Below are positions 28,101-39,887 of a DNA stretch of 64,000 nucleotides, piece after piece (within the stretch, counting starts at the first letter, position 1; each line of letters opens with the position of its first letter). The notes under the pieces were generated by a model. The model was not told where the DNA came from, searched no databases, and saw only the letters and a program-made list of their open reading frames with translations. The translations under genes were made by a program, and so were the position numbers. Origin of the DNA: Felis catus (lineage: Eukaryota); assembly GCF_018350175.1 (NCBI RefSeq), contig NC_058377.1, positions 105,214,001 to 105,278,000 on the forward strand. Direction: 5' to 3'.

Positions 28101-28509
28101 GCCAAAAGAGCCGGGCCGCCGCCCTCTCTTATAGGCTCACAGCACTTCCGGCCGCACGCGCGGCCGCCTGGGAAATGAAGTCTGGAGTTGTGGACTCCAA
28201 CATCAGTCCTTCCGCTGGTGTTTCTTCCCTAGGGAGTACCGCCCCGGCTCCGCCCTGCCTCTCACCCCGTCCCCCATCTCGCGTTCGGGCGGACGCGAAG
28301 CCTCTCGCCTGGGGCTGGGTCGCAGCAAGGCCGCGGGACAGCGACTGGGAGGGACAGGAGCTGGACGGGGCGACGCCGGGAAGGCACCAGAGGACCGAGC
28401 CCAGGGAAGCGGGGGCCCAAACATGGCGGCCGGGCTGGCCACAGAGCGCGGAGGGAAAGCCGAGGACCCGCGGACAGCCCGGCACGGACGGCGCCCGCGT
28501 CCGCCATCT

Positions 28510-28582
28510 ACTTCCGGGATTTAAAACCTCTTCCCGGAAGCCAGGCCGGCGTCCCCATGACAACCGACGTTGGTTCTTCGAG
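28510..28582 (+). other. TMEM138: TMEM138 non-coding exon 1 (start approximate)
   Basis: Strong donor CGAG|gtgagc at 28582/28583 in the CpG island; next acceptor tcaacag| at 30847. Confidence 0.65.
28551..28564. promoter_or_regulatory. RFX X-box in TMEM138 exon 1
   Basis: GTCCCCATGACAAC (reverse complement GTTGTCATGGGGAC) fits the GTNNCCATGGNAAC-type consensus; ciliary gene. Confidence 0.75.
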
Positions 28583-29327
28583 GTGAGCGTGCTTGAGGAG
28601 TGGGGAAAAGGGACCAGGGTCGGAGTTTTCGTTGTCGCTGTTTGGGTTCGGGTGTTTCGCCAAGACAGCCCCGTGTTGAGGTGAATTGGGAAGGGTGAGA
28701 AAAACTGCCCTGGGGACAGAGGGAACGCGGCGCCGAGCGGTGGGACGGACCGAAGACGGCTTCGTTCTGTCGCGCATCACTGCCGCCCTAAAGCGGAGGT
28801 CATCCTTCCCGTAGATTTGGCGGTGGGCGCTTCTGGGTCACGGTTCCTCACGACAGCTCTCCGTGGTGGCCCGTGAAGTCCTAGCTTAGAGCGCGGGCTT
28901 TGGTGTCACCCCCCGTTGTGAACCCTGGCTCTGCTCACCAGCTACCTGGAGGAATGACTTGAACCCTGACCCCGTATTCTTGTCTTTAGAACGGGGGATC
29001 ATTCTTGACTACCTTGCAGAGCAGTTGCGAGGATTAAAGGAAGTTATACCTGGTTGAGGTTAACGTGGTGCTGGTAGGGGGTGATAGCTATCAGTATTAT
29101 TTGACGAATGAGTGAAATTGCCATCATGAAGCCACTCAAGGGGGGGGGGGGGACTTTTTCACCACGTGAGGTGGATGCGGTTCGCTAACCTCTCAGAGCC
29201 ACTGTATAATATGGTGATTATATTCGTAATAACTGTCTCCTTCTCAAGATGGGTGTAGGAGTAAATAATGTAATGAATGTAAAGAGTTTGTAAATTGTAA
29301 AACACTTTATAGATGTTAATTAAAACT

Positions 29328-29510
29328 TTTTAAATATATATTTATTTTTGAGAGCGAGAGAGAGAGAGAGGGAGACAGAGAATCCGAAGCAGACTCCAGG
29401 CTCCCAAGATGTCAGTACAGAGCCCCCACGGGGGTGGGGCTCGAACCCAGAACTGTGAGATCATGACCCGAGCTGAAGTCGGACACTCCACCGAGCCATC
29501 CATGTGCCCC
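29328..29510 (-). mobile_element. Can-SINE
   Basis: Antisense tail, (GA)n and head. Confidence 0.9.
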
Positions 29511-29784
29511 GATTTACAGATGTTAATTTGATTTCACTCTCTTACACTTCACAGCATTTTGAAATTTGTTTGTAGATTTCACCCGGCTGGAGGGGTCACA
29601 GGACACCTTGGGCCTTGGAATGTACCTTCCCCGGTGCCACTGTGTGGCTGCCACCTTAAACATAAAAGTTTTGCAGGAGACCACGATTTCCTCTCAGCCT
29701 TTTCTGCCGGCACCTCTTCCCACTTCTCCTGTGCCAACGTCTTTCCCACCCAGTGACATATCAGCCTGTTACATAACAGGCAGC

Positions 29785-30590
29785 TTTGGGCAGTAGTTAA
29801 GAGCACAGACTCTGGACCCAGGCTGCCTGATTCTGAATCCCAGCTCTGCCACTGCTACTGGCAATGTGATCTTGGACAAATAATTTTTCCTCTCTGAGCC
29901 TCAAGTGTCCTGTCTGTAAAATGGGTAGCATAATGATAGTGTGTCTTCTACTTCATGGGGTTATTATGAAATTTAAATACTGTTAGTGCTGAGGATAGTC
30001 CCTGGCAGGGATGCCTGGCTGGCCCAGTTGGTGGAGCAGGTGACTCTTGATATTGGGGTCGTGAGTTTGAGCCCCACCCCCCCACCCCCACCCCCCTACA
30101 AAAAAGTCCCTGGCAGGGGCGCCTGGGTGGCACAGTCGGTTAAGCGTCCGACTTCGGCTCAGGTCATGATCTTGCGGTCTGTGAGTTCGAGCCCCGCATC
30201 GGGCTCTGTGCTGACAGCTCGGAGCCTGGAGCCTGTTTTGGATTCTGTGTGTCCCTCTCTCTCTGACCCTCCCCCGTTCATGCTCTGTCTCTCTCTGTCT
30301 CAAAAATAAATAAATGTTAAAAAAATAAAAAAAAAAAGTCCCTGGCATATTGTGATATATAAAGGTTTGCCGCTTCTATTAGTGTTAGAATTAATATTAC
30401 TACATGGCAAGACAGTCACTCTTTGTAGTACTCCTGGATTCCTTTGAACTCAAAAGCAGTTAGAAAGAGTTCTGCGTTGGGGCGCCTGGCTGGCTCAGTC
30501 GGAGGAGCATGTGACTCTTGGTTTCAGAGCTGTGAATTCAAGCCCCATGTTGGGTGTAGAGATTACTTACAGCAATCAAGTAAATTAAAA
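29785..30590 (+). mobile_element. MIR interrupted by two tandem Can-SINEs (30008-30104, 30116-30336), followed by another short SINE (30479-30590)
   Basis: MIR core tctgaatcccagctctgccact...ctctgagcctc...ctgtaaaatggg; triplicated target agtccctggca. Confidence 0.85.
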
Positions 30591-30806
30591 TGAAGAAAGG
30601 AAAGGAAGGAAGAACAAAATGAGCTCTGCACTTAGAAGCTTCCAGGAATGGAGAAAGTTGGAGGGTGAGAGTCCCTAGAAGGAGTGACTAGTGGATTTTT
30701 TGGTGGCGGTAGTGGCTTGGTTGTTGGTGTGTCCCAAGCACATAGAATGCTGCCTGGGACGTAGTAGGTCCTCAGTGAATATTGTATTAATGACTCTCTA
30801 ACGACC

Positions 30807-30837
30807 TTTTTGTTTTGTTTTGTTTTGTTTTGTTTTG
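30807..30837 (+). repeat. (TTTTG)n microsatellite in the TMEM138 exon 2 acceptor
   Basis: Six TTTTG units just before tcctcaacag|. Confidence 0.9.
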
Positions 30838-30986
30838 TCCTCAACAGGCCCTTGTCTTAGAGCAAGGGGAACAGCTCTGATTCTGAGGAACTAGTGCTTC
30901 TCCCTCAGTGCTGGGGAGAAAGCCAGGAGCAGTTTTCTGGGAAACTGTGGAATGTGCCCCGCTGGGCCCACCAAAGCAGCAGCAGG

Positions 30987-33900
30987 ATGCTCCAGACCAG
31001 TAACTACAGCCTGGTGCTCTCCCTGCAGTTCCTGCTGCTGTCCTATGACCTCTTCGTCAATTCCTTCTCGGAGCTACTCCGAATGGCTCCTGTCGTCCAG
31101 TTGGTGCTCTTCATGTGAGTTCAGGGGCTGGGACTGGACAGCTGAACCCAAGCAGTTAGAAGGCCCCGACGATTATGATTTAGCGTTTTAAAGTAGCTGA
31201 TGGAAAAACCTCAGGGAAAATCAAATTTCACCCATGTTGGGTACTCCACGGTACAGAGACATGTCAGAAGTCCTGTGTTTCTATACTTCTAGCAGGGGCC
31301 CAGGATACAGGGAGCAGTCAGAGGGTCAGACTGCTCACCGTGTCATTTTCTTCCTCTGTGAGTAGAAATCTTGGCTTACACTGCCGTGAAAGGGGGTTGC
31401 AAAATGGCAGGTTAAAAGGGTACTCGTATCAGTTCTCTATATGGTATGGAAGCGGTTGGCATTTTTCCTCCACAAAGATTCAGAGACTCCATGAGGCAAG
31501 TTCTCGACAGCAGACTAGTTTTCGGCACCGTCTTCCTTCCTTCGGCACTGTCGCATGAATACGTGTGACAGGTATTCATTGGCCTGCCGGACCGTGTTCT
31601 AGTTGCAGTGGCAAACCTGATAATTTCCTGCTCTCACATGGCTTCCATTCTAGAAGCCCCCATTGACCCCTCCCATTGAGAGGGACAATGAACCCATTTT
31701 TTTCAAGATAATTTTATAGGGTAATAAATGTTTACAATGGATGTGAAGTAGGTGGGGGTGGGGAGGGGAGGGCTACCCTAGGCGTAGGGTTAAAGAAGAG
31801 TCTTTCTGAAGAGGGGACACTTGAACGGAGACCTGAATGGCACTAAGGCACCGTCTGTGCAAAGATGGAGGGAAAGGTGTTGCCGTCTTTCTAGATGAAA
31901 ATATCTGACGGGACCAGGTTATGCGACAGGCGGGGCCGGCTTTGGACAGAGAGAAGAAACCGTCTTCTCACCAGTGTCTAGAAGTTAAGAGTGTCAGAGC
32001 AGGAAAGCCTTGTCTGTGGACTGCGGCTCAAGTGATGGGGCCAGCCCGTAGTTTTAGTCTCGTGTCATTTGGGACCCAAAGCCCATGCTATCTCTGGGGA
32101 GTTTCCGGAGGTCTAGATCACAGGGAAGGCCAGACTTCATAGTGTCCCTTAGGACCCAGGGCCAGCTCTTGAGTCGTCCCACAGACCTCCATTTGGCTGT
32201 GCTTTGTTTTATGTTTGCAGCATCCAGGATATCGCAATCCTTTTCAACATCATCATCATTTTCCTCATGTTCTTCAACACCTTCGTCTTCCAGGCTGGCT
32301 TGGTCAACCTCCTATTCCATAAGTTCAAAGGGACCATCATCCTCACAGCTGTGTACTTCGCCCTCAGCATCTCCTTTCATGTCTGGGTCATGGTAAGAGC
32401 GGAGCTCTGAATTCCTGAACCCTTGAGGGACTAGGAGTAGCTTTTTCTCGAGGAAGCCACGAGGAAGCCAGCATCATTCTTTTACATCTCAAAGAATCCT
32501 TGATGGGAAACCGGTGAAGTGAGTGTGGTCCCGCCTGGGGTTGGGCATGTGAGAGCTCCATGAGGCACCTCTGCCCAGCCTTTTGTGTTAAAGAACTGCC
32601 TTATCCAAGAGTCAGGGGCCATTTCTGGAATATTCAGCTCACCTTTCCCCCCAACAGTCCAGCCAGAGCTAAAACAGGAAGTCGAATCCATTTTATCATT
32701 AGCTATTTGGGCAGGTGGGTGTTGAGACAGGGAATTCTTAGGCATCCGTGTCCCATGGGAAATGGCCAGGCCAAGAGTGCCCCTTGCCCGTTAGTGCTTC
32801 GTGCCCTCTGCTCTGTCCCCATCACTTATACTGGAAGAACCCTTCTCCAGTGTGCCTCAGAGCACATGCCAGGTTTCGTGGTTCCAGATTTCTCCTGCTT
32901 CACGAATGGTTCTGTCTGTTTGGGTATGGCCTGTGTTTCTCGCGCACTCATTTTGATGGAACACAGTAAAGCCTCAGGGTTCTCTAGTCGTTCCTATACT
33001 AACGCCACCTTAGACTGAGCCGTCTGTTAAGTTGCCCTTGTTATTCCACGGAGGGAAGTAGACCTCACGGGGAAGAAAGAGCAGTGCCAACGTCTCTGGG
33101 TGCTTCCTGAAGAAGATTGTCTCTGCTCTCCCTCCTGGGGCCAAAATAGGTCCTGGCTTTGTACTGTAAAGCTGTTAATCTGATTAATCCTTGAGGGCAC
33201 TAAGCCTTTATCTGACAGGAGCCGAGCCTGAGATCTTCAAGGCAAGACAGTGACCACACCGAACTCCTTCCTGAGATACTGTACAGCACTTCTCCTTGGA
33301 AAAGGCTGTGGAATGGAAGGAAATAAATAGCTTAGCTCAAACTTCCTCCTTCAGGGTTAAAAGGATATTTCCTTTGCAGCAGAAAAGGGAGTTTGAAGCT
33401 CCTTTGAGAAACACTACTTGGGGTTGTGGGAAGAAAGGAGGGGGAGATTAGCCTGATTTAAAACCACGTGGCATGTCTGCAGCTAACCAAGGTGGAGATG
33501 CTAGGGCCTCATCTGGTGGCTAAGCTTTCCCTGTCTCCTCATGTCTCCTGCAGAACTTACGCTGGAAAAATTCCAGCCGCTTTGTCTGGACAGACGGACT
33601 GCAAACGCTGTTTGTATTCCAGAGATTAGGTAAGGACCAGAGCAACCTCAGGCCTCACCTCGGTGCCGCCATTGGCTCGGGCTACTAAGGCCCTTGATCC
33701 TGCCTTCCCCGTCCATCACGGCCAGCATGGGATGAGTGGATCAGCCGTGGCAAGAACAGGAGAGATTATGGCCCACTGCCCTTGCTGGGAGTCACTGGGA
33801 GATCCTGAGGCAGGGCGCCCCTCCGCCTTGGTAGGTTTGGTTCTTAGCCTGAAACGAATACTCAGGAGCGTCCCTGAAGCTTCTTCTCTACTTATCCACA

Positions 33901-34014
33901 GCGGCAGTGTTATACTGTTACTTCTACAAACGGACAGCCGTGAGACTGGGCGATCCTCGCTTCTACCAGGACTCGTTATGGCTGCGCAGGGAGTTCACAC
34001 AAGTCCGGAGGTGA
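30987..34014 (+). CDS. TMEM138: Transmembrane protein 138 (ciliary, Joubert syndrome gene), 162 aa. Coding exons: 30987-31114, 32221-32392, 33554-33629, 33902-34014
   Basis: 489 nt in frame; [32 protein letters not shown]...[28 protein letters not shown]...[25 protein letters not shown]...[29 protein letters not shown]. Confidence 0.97.
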
Positions 34015-34480
34015 CCGCTTCTTGTCACACTGATGGAGGCCTTTCCTCCCTGGCAGATGCTACGCGTGTGGTCCTGTGGGGTGGGGGTTGGCCCTGTGCA
34101 CAGGAAGCAGCTTGACTTTCCTAGGACAGGCTCAGGCCACTTGTGTTCTGCAGTCAAGAAGGAAGATCTTCCCTCTTGCAAGTTAAAGTGTTTCCCAATA
34201 CAGATTTCAGTACACACCCCTCCCCGGCCTCCTACCTCAGGTCCCTTTTCCTTTTCTGCCCTCTACTCCCCTTCCTCACGGAAGGCGGTGAGGCTTTATC
34301 CTTGGCGAGCTATCACTTAGCCTGGTCCAGGAGGGGCCCCTGGCACCTACCTTCTTTGCACCAAACACTAATTAATGACTGAAGGATGCAAAGAGTGTCA
34401 TTTCTGAGCTCCTGACTGATGACACCGTAGACATGTAGATTTTATACCCAAGGCGCTTTTTTTACATTTTATAAATAGGA

Positions 34481-34486
34481 AATAAA
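34481..34486 (+). terminator. TMEM138: TMEM138 polyadenylation signal (second candidate at 34749-34754)
   Basis: AATAAA in an AU-rich context ~470 nt after the stop. Confidence 0.6.
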
Positions 34487-34807
34487 TTGAATTCTTTTTC
34501 CAGAAATGGTGGAGTCTGTCTGTCTAGCTACATCTCTTCGCAGATAAGAGGCGTGTCAAGTCCTAACCTAGCGTCTTCTTGAGCCACAGAACAAATACAG
34601 ATATTTATTGAGTGCCATTATGAGTATAAGCTATTTTTATAGGAATTCGGGATGTAATCTGACGCCCCACCCCGACCCTTGGAGTTCCAAACTTCGGTGC
34701 TTTATCCAGACTCTCCCTGCCAGTAGGACCCTAAACTGCCCTCAGAAGAATAAAAATGTTCCTTAGCCTGCTTTGGCAAAAGAAAATTTTAAAGTGCATG
34801 AGCCCGT

Positions 34808-35295
34808 AGTATCCGTTTTCTGTTGTCAGAATAGTGTGTAACACTACCACGAAACTTCACTGGCGCGTAACAACGAACAGTTACGTGGCTCTGGAGTCTC
34901 GGGGTTCGGCTGGTCGGGCTGGTTCAGGTGATATCTGCCGGGCTTGCTCATGTGTCTGTGGTCAGCTGTGGGTCAGCCAGGCGGCTGTGATGATCTTGGG
35001 ACTTGGGCTCTTGGCTAACCTGGGCCGGCCTCAGCTGGAATGACTGGGCTGTTCCGGTTCTCATGACTCATCCTCCAGAAGACTAGCCTGGGTCTCTTCA
35101 CATGACAGCGGCCGAGGAGCAGAAGAATGAGCCCCATTGTGTAATCTTCCTTCAGCCCTCTGCTTTTGTCGTGTCCCTTAGACCCCCATTGGTCAAAGCA
35201 AGTCATATGACTGAGCCTGGGGTCCAAGTGGGAAAGCACTACAAAGCTTCCTGGGAAAAGGCACGGATACAGGGAGGGCCGCTGATTCAGTCTAC
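34808..35295 (-). mobile_element. MLT1-family (ERVL-MaLR) solo LTR
   Basis: gggcttgctcatgtgtctgtggtcagctg...ccattggtcaaagcaagtcatatgactgagcc, typical MLT1 antisense. Confidence 0.65.
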
Positions 35296-35344
35296 CCCAC
35301 CGGAAAGTTGCTCTATGGAACTCATTGTCCAGAGGTACTTTAGC

Positions 35345-37027
35345 ACGGAGGTTGGCAACCTTTTTCTGTGAGGCACCAGATAGTAATTATTTTAGATTTC
35401 AAGGGCCACATATATGGTCTTTGTTGCAACCATAAGCACACCTTCCTTTACTGTACTTCACAGGTGCTGTGGTGTTTCGTATAAATACAAGGTTGGTGGC
35501 AACCTCGTGTCGAGCCAGTCTGTTGGTGCCATTTTTTCCAACAGCATTTGCTCACTTCATGTCTCTGGGTCAATTTTGGTCATTCTCAAAATATTCTTGC
35601 GTTGTTAATGTATTTGCTGTGGTGCTGTGTGCTCAGTGATGTTGTTACTATTGTTTTTTTATAAAATTTTTTTTTTTCAACGTTTATTTTTGGGACAGAG
35701 AGAGACAGAGCATGAATGGGGGAGGGGCAGAGAGAGAGGGAGACACAGAATCGGAAACAGGCTCCAGGCTCTGAGCCATCAGCCCAGAGCCTGACGCGGG
35801 GCTTGAACTCCCGGACCGCGAGATCGTGACCTGGCTGAAGTCGGACGCTTAACCGACTGCGCCACCCAGGCGCCCCTGTTGTTGTTACTATTGTAATCGT
35901 TGGGGGCACCGCGGACCGCGCCCATGGTAGACAGCAAATATAGGCCATAAGTGTGCGGCATGTCGTGACCACTCCACCGACTGGCTGTCCCCATCTCTCT
36001 CCCTCTCCTCGGGCCTCCCTGTTCCCTGAGACACAACATTATTGGAATTAGGCCACTGAATAAGCCTAAATGGCTTCTGAGTGTTCGAGTGAAAGGAAGA
36101 GGTGCACATCTGTCACTGAAAATCCAAAGCCAGCGTGACTGAGCTCAGTGAGGAAGGTGGGCTTCAAAAGCCAAGATGGCCGAAAGCGAGGCCTCTTCGG
36201 CCGAGCGGTGAGCCAAGTTGTGAACGCAAAGGGAAGTTCCTAAAGGAAATGAAAAGTGCCACTCTGGCGTTCATACACACGAAGCAAAGCCACCTAGGTG
36301 CTGGTTCCCAGAGAGTCTGAGCGGTCTGGAGAGAAGACCAAACCAGCCTCAACAGTCCTATATAAGCCGGCGCCTAACCTGGAGCAAGGCCTGAACGCTC
36401 CTTAATTCTGTGAGGGCTGAGAGAGGTGAGGAGGCTTCGGAAGGAAAGTCCGAAACTAGTGGAGGTGGGTTCAGGAGGCTTAAGGAAAGAAGGCATCTCC
36501 AGAACATCAGAGTGCGGGGGGAGCAGCTGCAGGTACACAGGCAGGACCCTCCCTCCAGCAAAACGATTACAACTCACTGGAAGCTCGAGTGACGGTTCGC
36601 AATTTTTAGCAATTATTTTTAAGATATACGCGTAGTTTTTTTAGACATGATGCTAGTTAACACTGGCTTGACCGCAGTGTAGTGTGAGCACAACTTAGAT
36701 ACACACCAGGAAACCAAAGCATTCACTGGACTCGCTCTATTGCGATGTTTTTCTTGTGGCGGTCTGGAACATTCTGAGGGCCGCCTGTGCGCAACCTCAG
36801 CGCCGTAGTGTGAGAGCAGCATGGTGATAGGTCAGCGAGCGCCTGTGGCTGTGTCCCCATAAAACTCTGGACACTGAAATCTGAATTTCATATCATGTTC
36901 ATGTATCACAAAGTATTTTTCTTTAGACTTTTTTTTAGCCACGTAAAAAATGTAAAGCTGCTCTTAGCTCAAGGGCTGTGCAAAAACAGGCTAGATTTGC
37001 CCCGGGCCAAAGTATGTTGAGCCCTGG
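35345..37027. mobile_element. Nest: MER58B (35345-35431 + 36790-37027) > internally deleted Tigger1 (~35433-36787) > SINEC_Fc (35663-35877)
   Basis: Tigger1 5' sequence (aaggttggtggcaacctcgtgtcgagc...ccaacagcatttgctcacttcatgtctctg), decayed transposase segment and 3' end; the MER58 halves rejoin across it. Confidence 0.85.
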
Positions 37028-37107
37028 TTTAGAAGCCTAGAATCAAGTTCTGGGGAAAGAGAGACTATAGGTAATCTGCTGTGCTGTCGAGACTTTAACA
37101 GATATCA

Positions 37108-37271
37108 GGGGCGCCTGGGGGGCTCAGTCGGTTAAGTGTCCGACTCTTGATTTCAGCTCAGGTCATGATCTCACGGGTTCGTGGGTTTGAGCCCTGCGTT
37201 GGGCTCTGTGCTGACACCACAGTCTGCTTGGGATTCTCTTTCTCTCTCTCTCAAAAAAAAAAAAAAAAAAA
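37108..37271 (+). mobile_element. Can-SINE
   Basis: Head and poly-A. Confidence 0.9.
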
Positions 37272-37320
37272 GATTTTAACAGTTATTGAAAAAGTACAAT
37301 GTTCAAATAAACCGTGTAAG

Positions 37321-37322
<2 letters not shown>

Positions 37323-37361
<39 letters not shown>

Positions 37362-37366
37362 CGCGC
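37323..37366. repeat. (GT)n(GC)n compound microsatellite
   Basis: Direct reading. Confidence 0.95.
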
Positions 37367-39887
37367 ACTTAATATGTTCATGTGGTACAAAACTCAAGTT
37401 CTAAAAAGGTCTATGCAATTAATCTTTCCATTGCTGTATCTCAGCCACTGAGTTCCTTCCTCCCCCGCCCCTCCCTGACAATCTACACTTACTTATATGC
37501 TTCTTATAAACACTGTAACATGTCAGAAACATTTTTACAAAAAAAATATACAAAAGACAAGAACAAAACAGTTGTCATCATCCTATCCCAGCCATTTATT
37601 TCAAATCTTGGATGATATGTGTATATATTTTCAATGCAGGTGTGATTATGGGGAATATGCCATAAACCAGTTTACTCCCCACCTCCCCCCACCCCCCCAC
37701 CCCCAACTCAGCTGTAGGAATGTGTTTTTTAAATGTGATGTTAAATTAACTCCCTGGGGACAGTCAGCTTTCAAAGTTCAGAGGAAAGAAAAGAATTTTA
37801 CAAGTGCTTAAAGACTTAATAGCATGCAGTTTCTGCTGGCTGACCAGTGCTCCAGCCAGTAACTAGAAAAAACCCCAAAAAGATAAACTATAAAAAATCG
37901 TCTCTTAAAAGGGCTTCAGGGAATTACCAAAGGAAAGAGGATTGGGGGACCTAAAATTCTACAGCAGGGAGATTCACAGAGAAGCGAGCTGACAGTTGGC
38001 GGCAGATTTTTCCCAGGGGGCATTTGCTGATTCTGGGTTTGAGCAAGAAGCTAGGAATCCAAGCATTTCCCAGATGCGGGTTACATAGCCAGGAAACCAA
38101 GAGGCCAGCCGAGCTTAGTGGTCTTATCACGCTGGAGGAGCAAAATCGAGGGCTAGAGGAGCCTTAAAAACAAAACATTGTCTCCTCAAGATATTTACCT
38201 AATCTTCGGGCCAGAGGCTATCAAAAGCTAAGCCTCAAAGCTCTGAGAAGCAGAACAGAATTTTTGGCAGATTTATGGAGCTGATAATTAGAATCCAGGA
38301 GGGAACGGGTAAGCAGATAAAAAGCTCTGGAGGACCCCTGACCAGGAACACGATGAAACAGGTAGACTGGTACCTATCAAAACGAGTGCAGCCTCAAACC
38401 ATGTAGTTCCTGAGTGAGTTATCTGCCTTGCAGAGGAAAGAGTAGAGGGAAAAACATCTAGAGACACTATTACTTATTTATTTATTGGAGAGAGCAAGCA
38501 CCCATGTGCAAGTCGGGGAGGGGCAAACAGAGGGGGAGAGAACGAATGCCACGCAGGCCCCTCACTGACAGTGCAGAGCCCGATGCAGGGCTTGAACTCA
38601 CGAACCATGAGATCACGACCTGAGCTGAAATCAAGTGTTGGATGCTTAACCGACTGAGCCCAAACAGCTCCTTGAAGCTCCTGGAGATTGAAGGGAAAGG
38701 TCGAGGGGCAGTCCACACTCAAAAAAGAGGAGAACTATGCGAGAAAATTCCCTATTTGTGCTGCTCGTAGCTTGATAGTAGACAAAGTGGCACGTACAAT
38801 ACGCTGGCGGAAAATCCCAGAGCCATAGCCCCGAGCCCGGGCAACCGGAGCCGCTGGCAAGAAAGATGAGAATCTCAGAAGGGGAGGAGCCAGAGAGGCG
38901 GGAATCCCCAGATTCTGTCTGTCCACATTTCTGCCCAGGCTCTGGACCACGCATGTGCAAGCCAGACTCCAGGCCGCTCGGCCAAAGACAGATGGAGACT
39001 GGGATTGGAGTCGTCACCCAGTAAGTGTGGTCTGCGGTGTGTATCCAGCCAGGCTGATCACCTGACGCAACCAAAGGAACATTGCTCTTTGCAGACACAA
39101 GTAACGGAGACCGGAGTGTCCACACCTCAGCGTTCGGAACTGACACGGACACCGAGACGAACCAGATCCCGGAATTAACAGACAAGGGTATTAAAGCAGC
39201 AATGGAAATCCGTTCTCGGCAAAATGTTAGGTGACCTCAGCACAGAAACCAATTATTTTTGAAAAACAGAAATCCCGGATTTCTGAAATAAAGACGTTTG
39301 CAAATAAAAGACACTTGCAGATGAAGAGAATTAGTGGCCAAGAAATGCTGAAGGAGTTCTTTGGCTTGAGGGAAACGACAACAGATGGAAACTCAGATCC
39401 TCAGAAAGGAATAGAGCACATCAGAAACCGTGTCTAGTTAAATCTTTTCTTTTTTCCTGTTAATTTCTTTACAAGACATGTGAGTGTAGTATACACGTTG
39501 TTTTCAAGTACGCAGAATATTGGCCAGCATACGTTGGGCCATAAAACAATTCTCAATGCATTTAAGAAACAATAAATTTAAAAGGATAGAGAGTGGGGCG
39601 CCTGGGTGGCTCAGTCGGTTAAGCGTCCGACTTCGGCTCAGGTCACGATCTCGCGGTATGTGAGTTCGAGCCCCGCGTCGGGCTTTGTGCTGACTGCTCA
39701 GAGCCTGGAGCCTGTTTCAGATTCTGTGTCTCCCCCTCTCTCTGACCCTTCCCCGTTCATGCTCTGTCTCTCTCTGTCTCAAAAATAAATAAACGTTAAA
39801 AAAAAATAAAAAAAAAAAAAGGATAGAGAGTAAGTTCTTTGATAATAACGGGACGGAGCTAGAAATCAGTAACAATAAGACAGCCAG

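Larger units (their letters stand above)
27600..28900. promoter_or_regulatory. CpG island / bidirectional CYB561A3-TMEM138 promoter
   Basis: CpG-rich; ETS motifs (cttccgg/ccggaag at ~28145, 28511, 28534); YY1 motifs AACATGGCGGC (28420-28430) and CCGCCATCT (28501-28509). Confidence 0.85.

Noticed and set aside
27368-28780. 193-aa and 169-aa ORFs, one with a signal-peptide-like start
   Set aside because: GC-rich promoter sequence; the 193-aa ORF has a non-ATG start and neither shows a recognisable domain
36060-36600. Possible domesticated Tigger transposase
   Set aside because: Internally deleted, with frameshifts and stops
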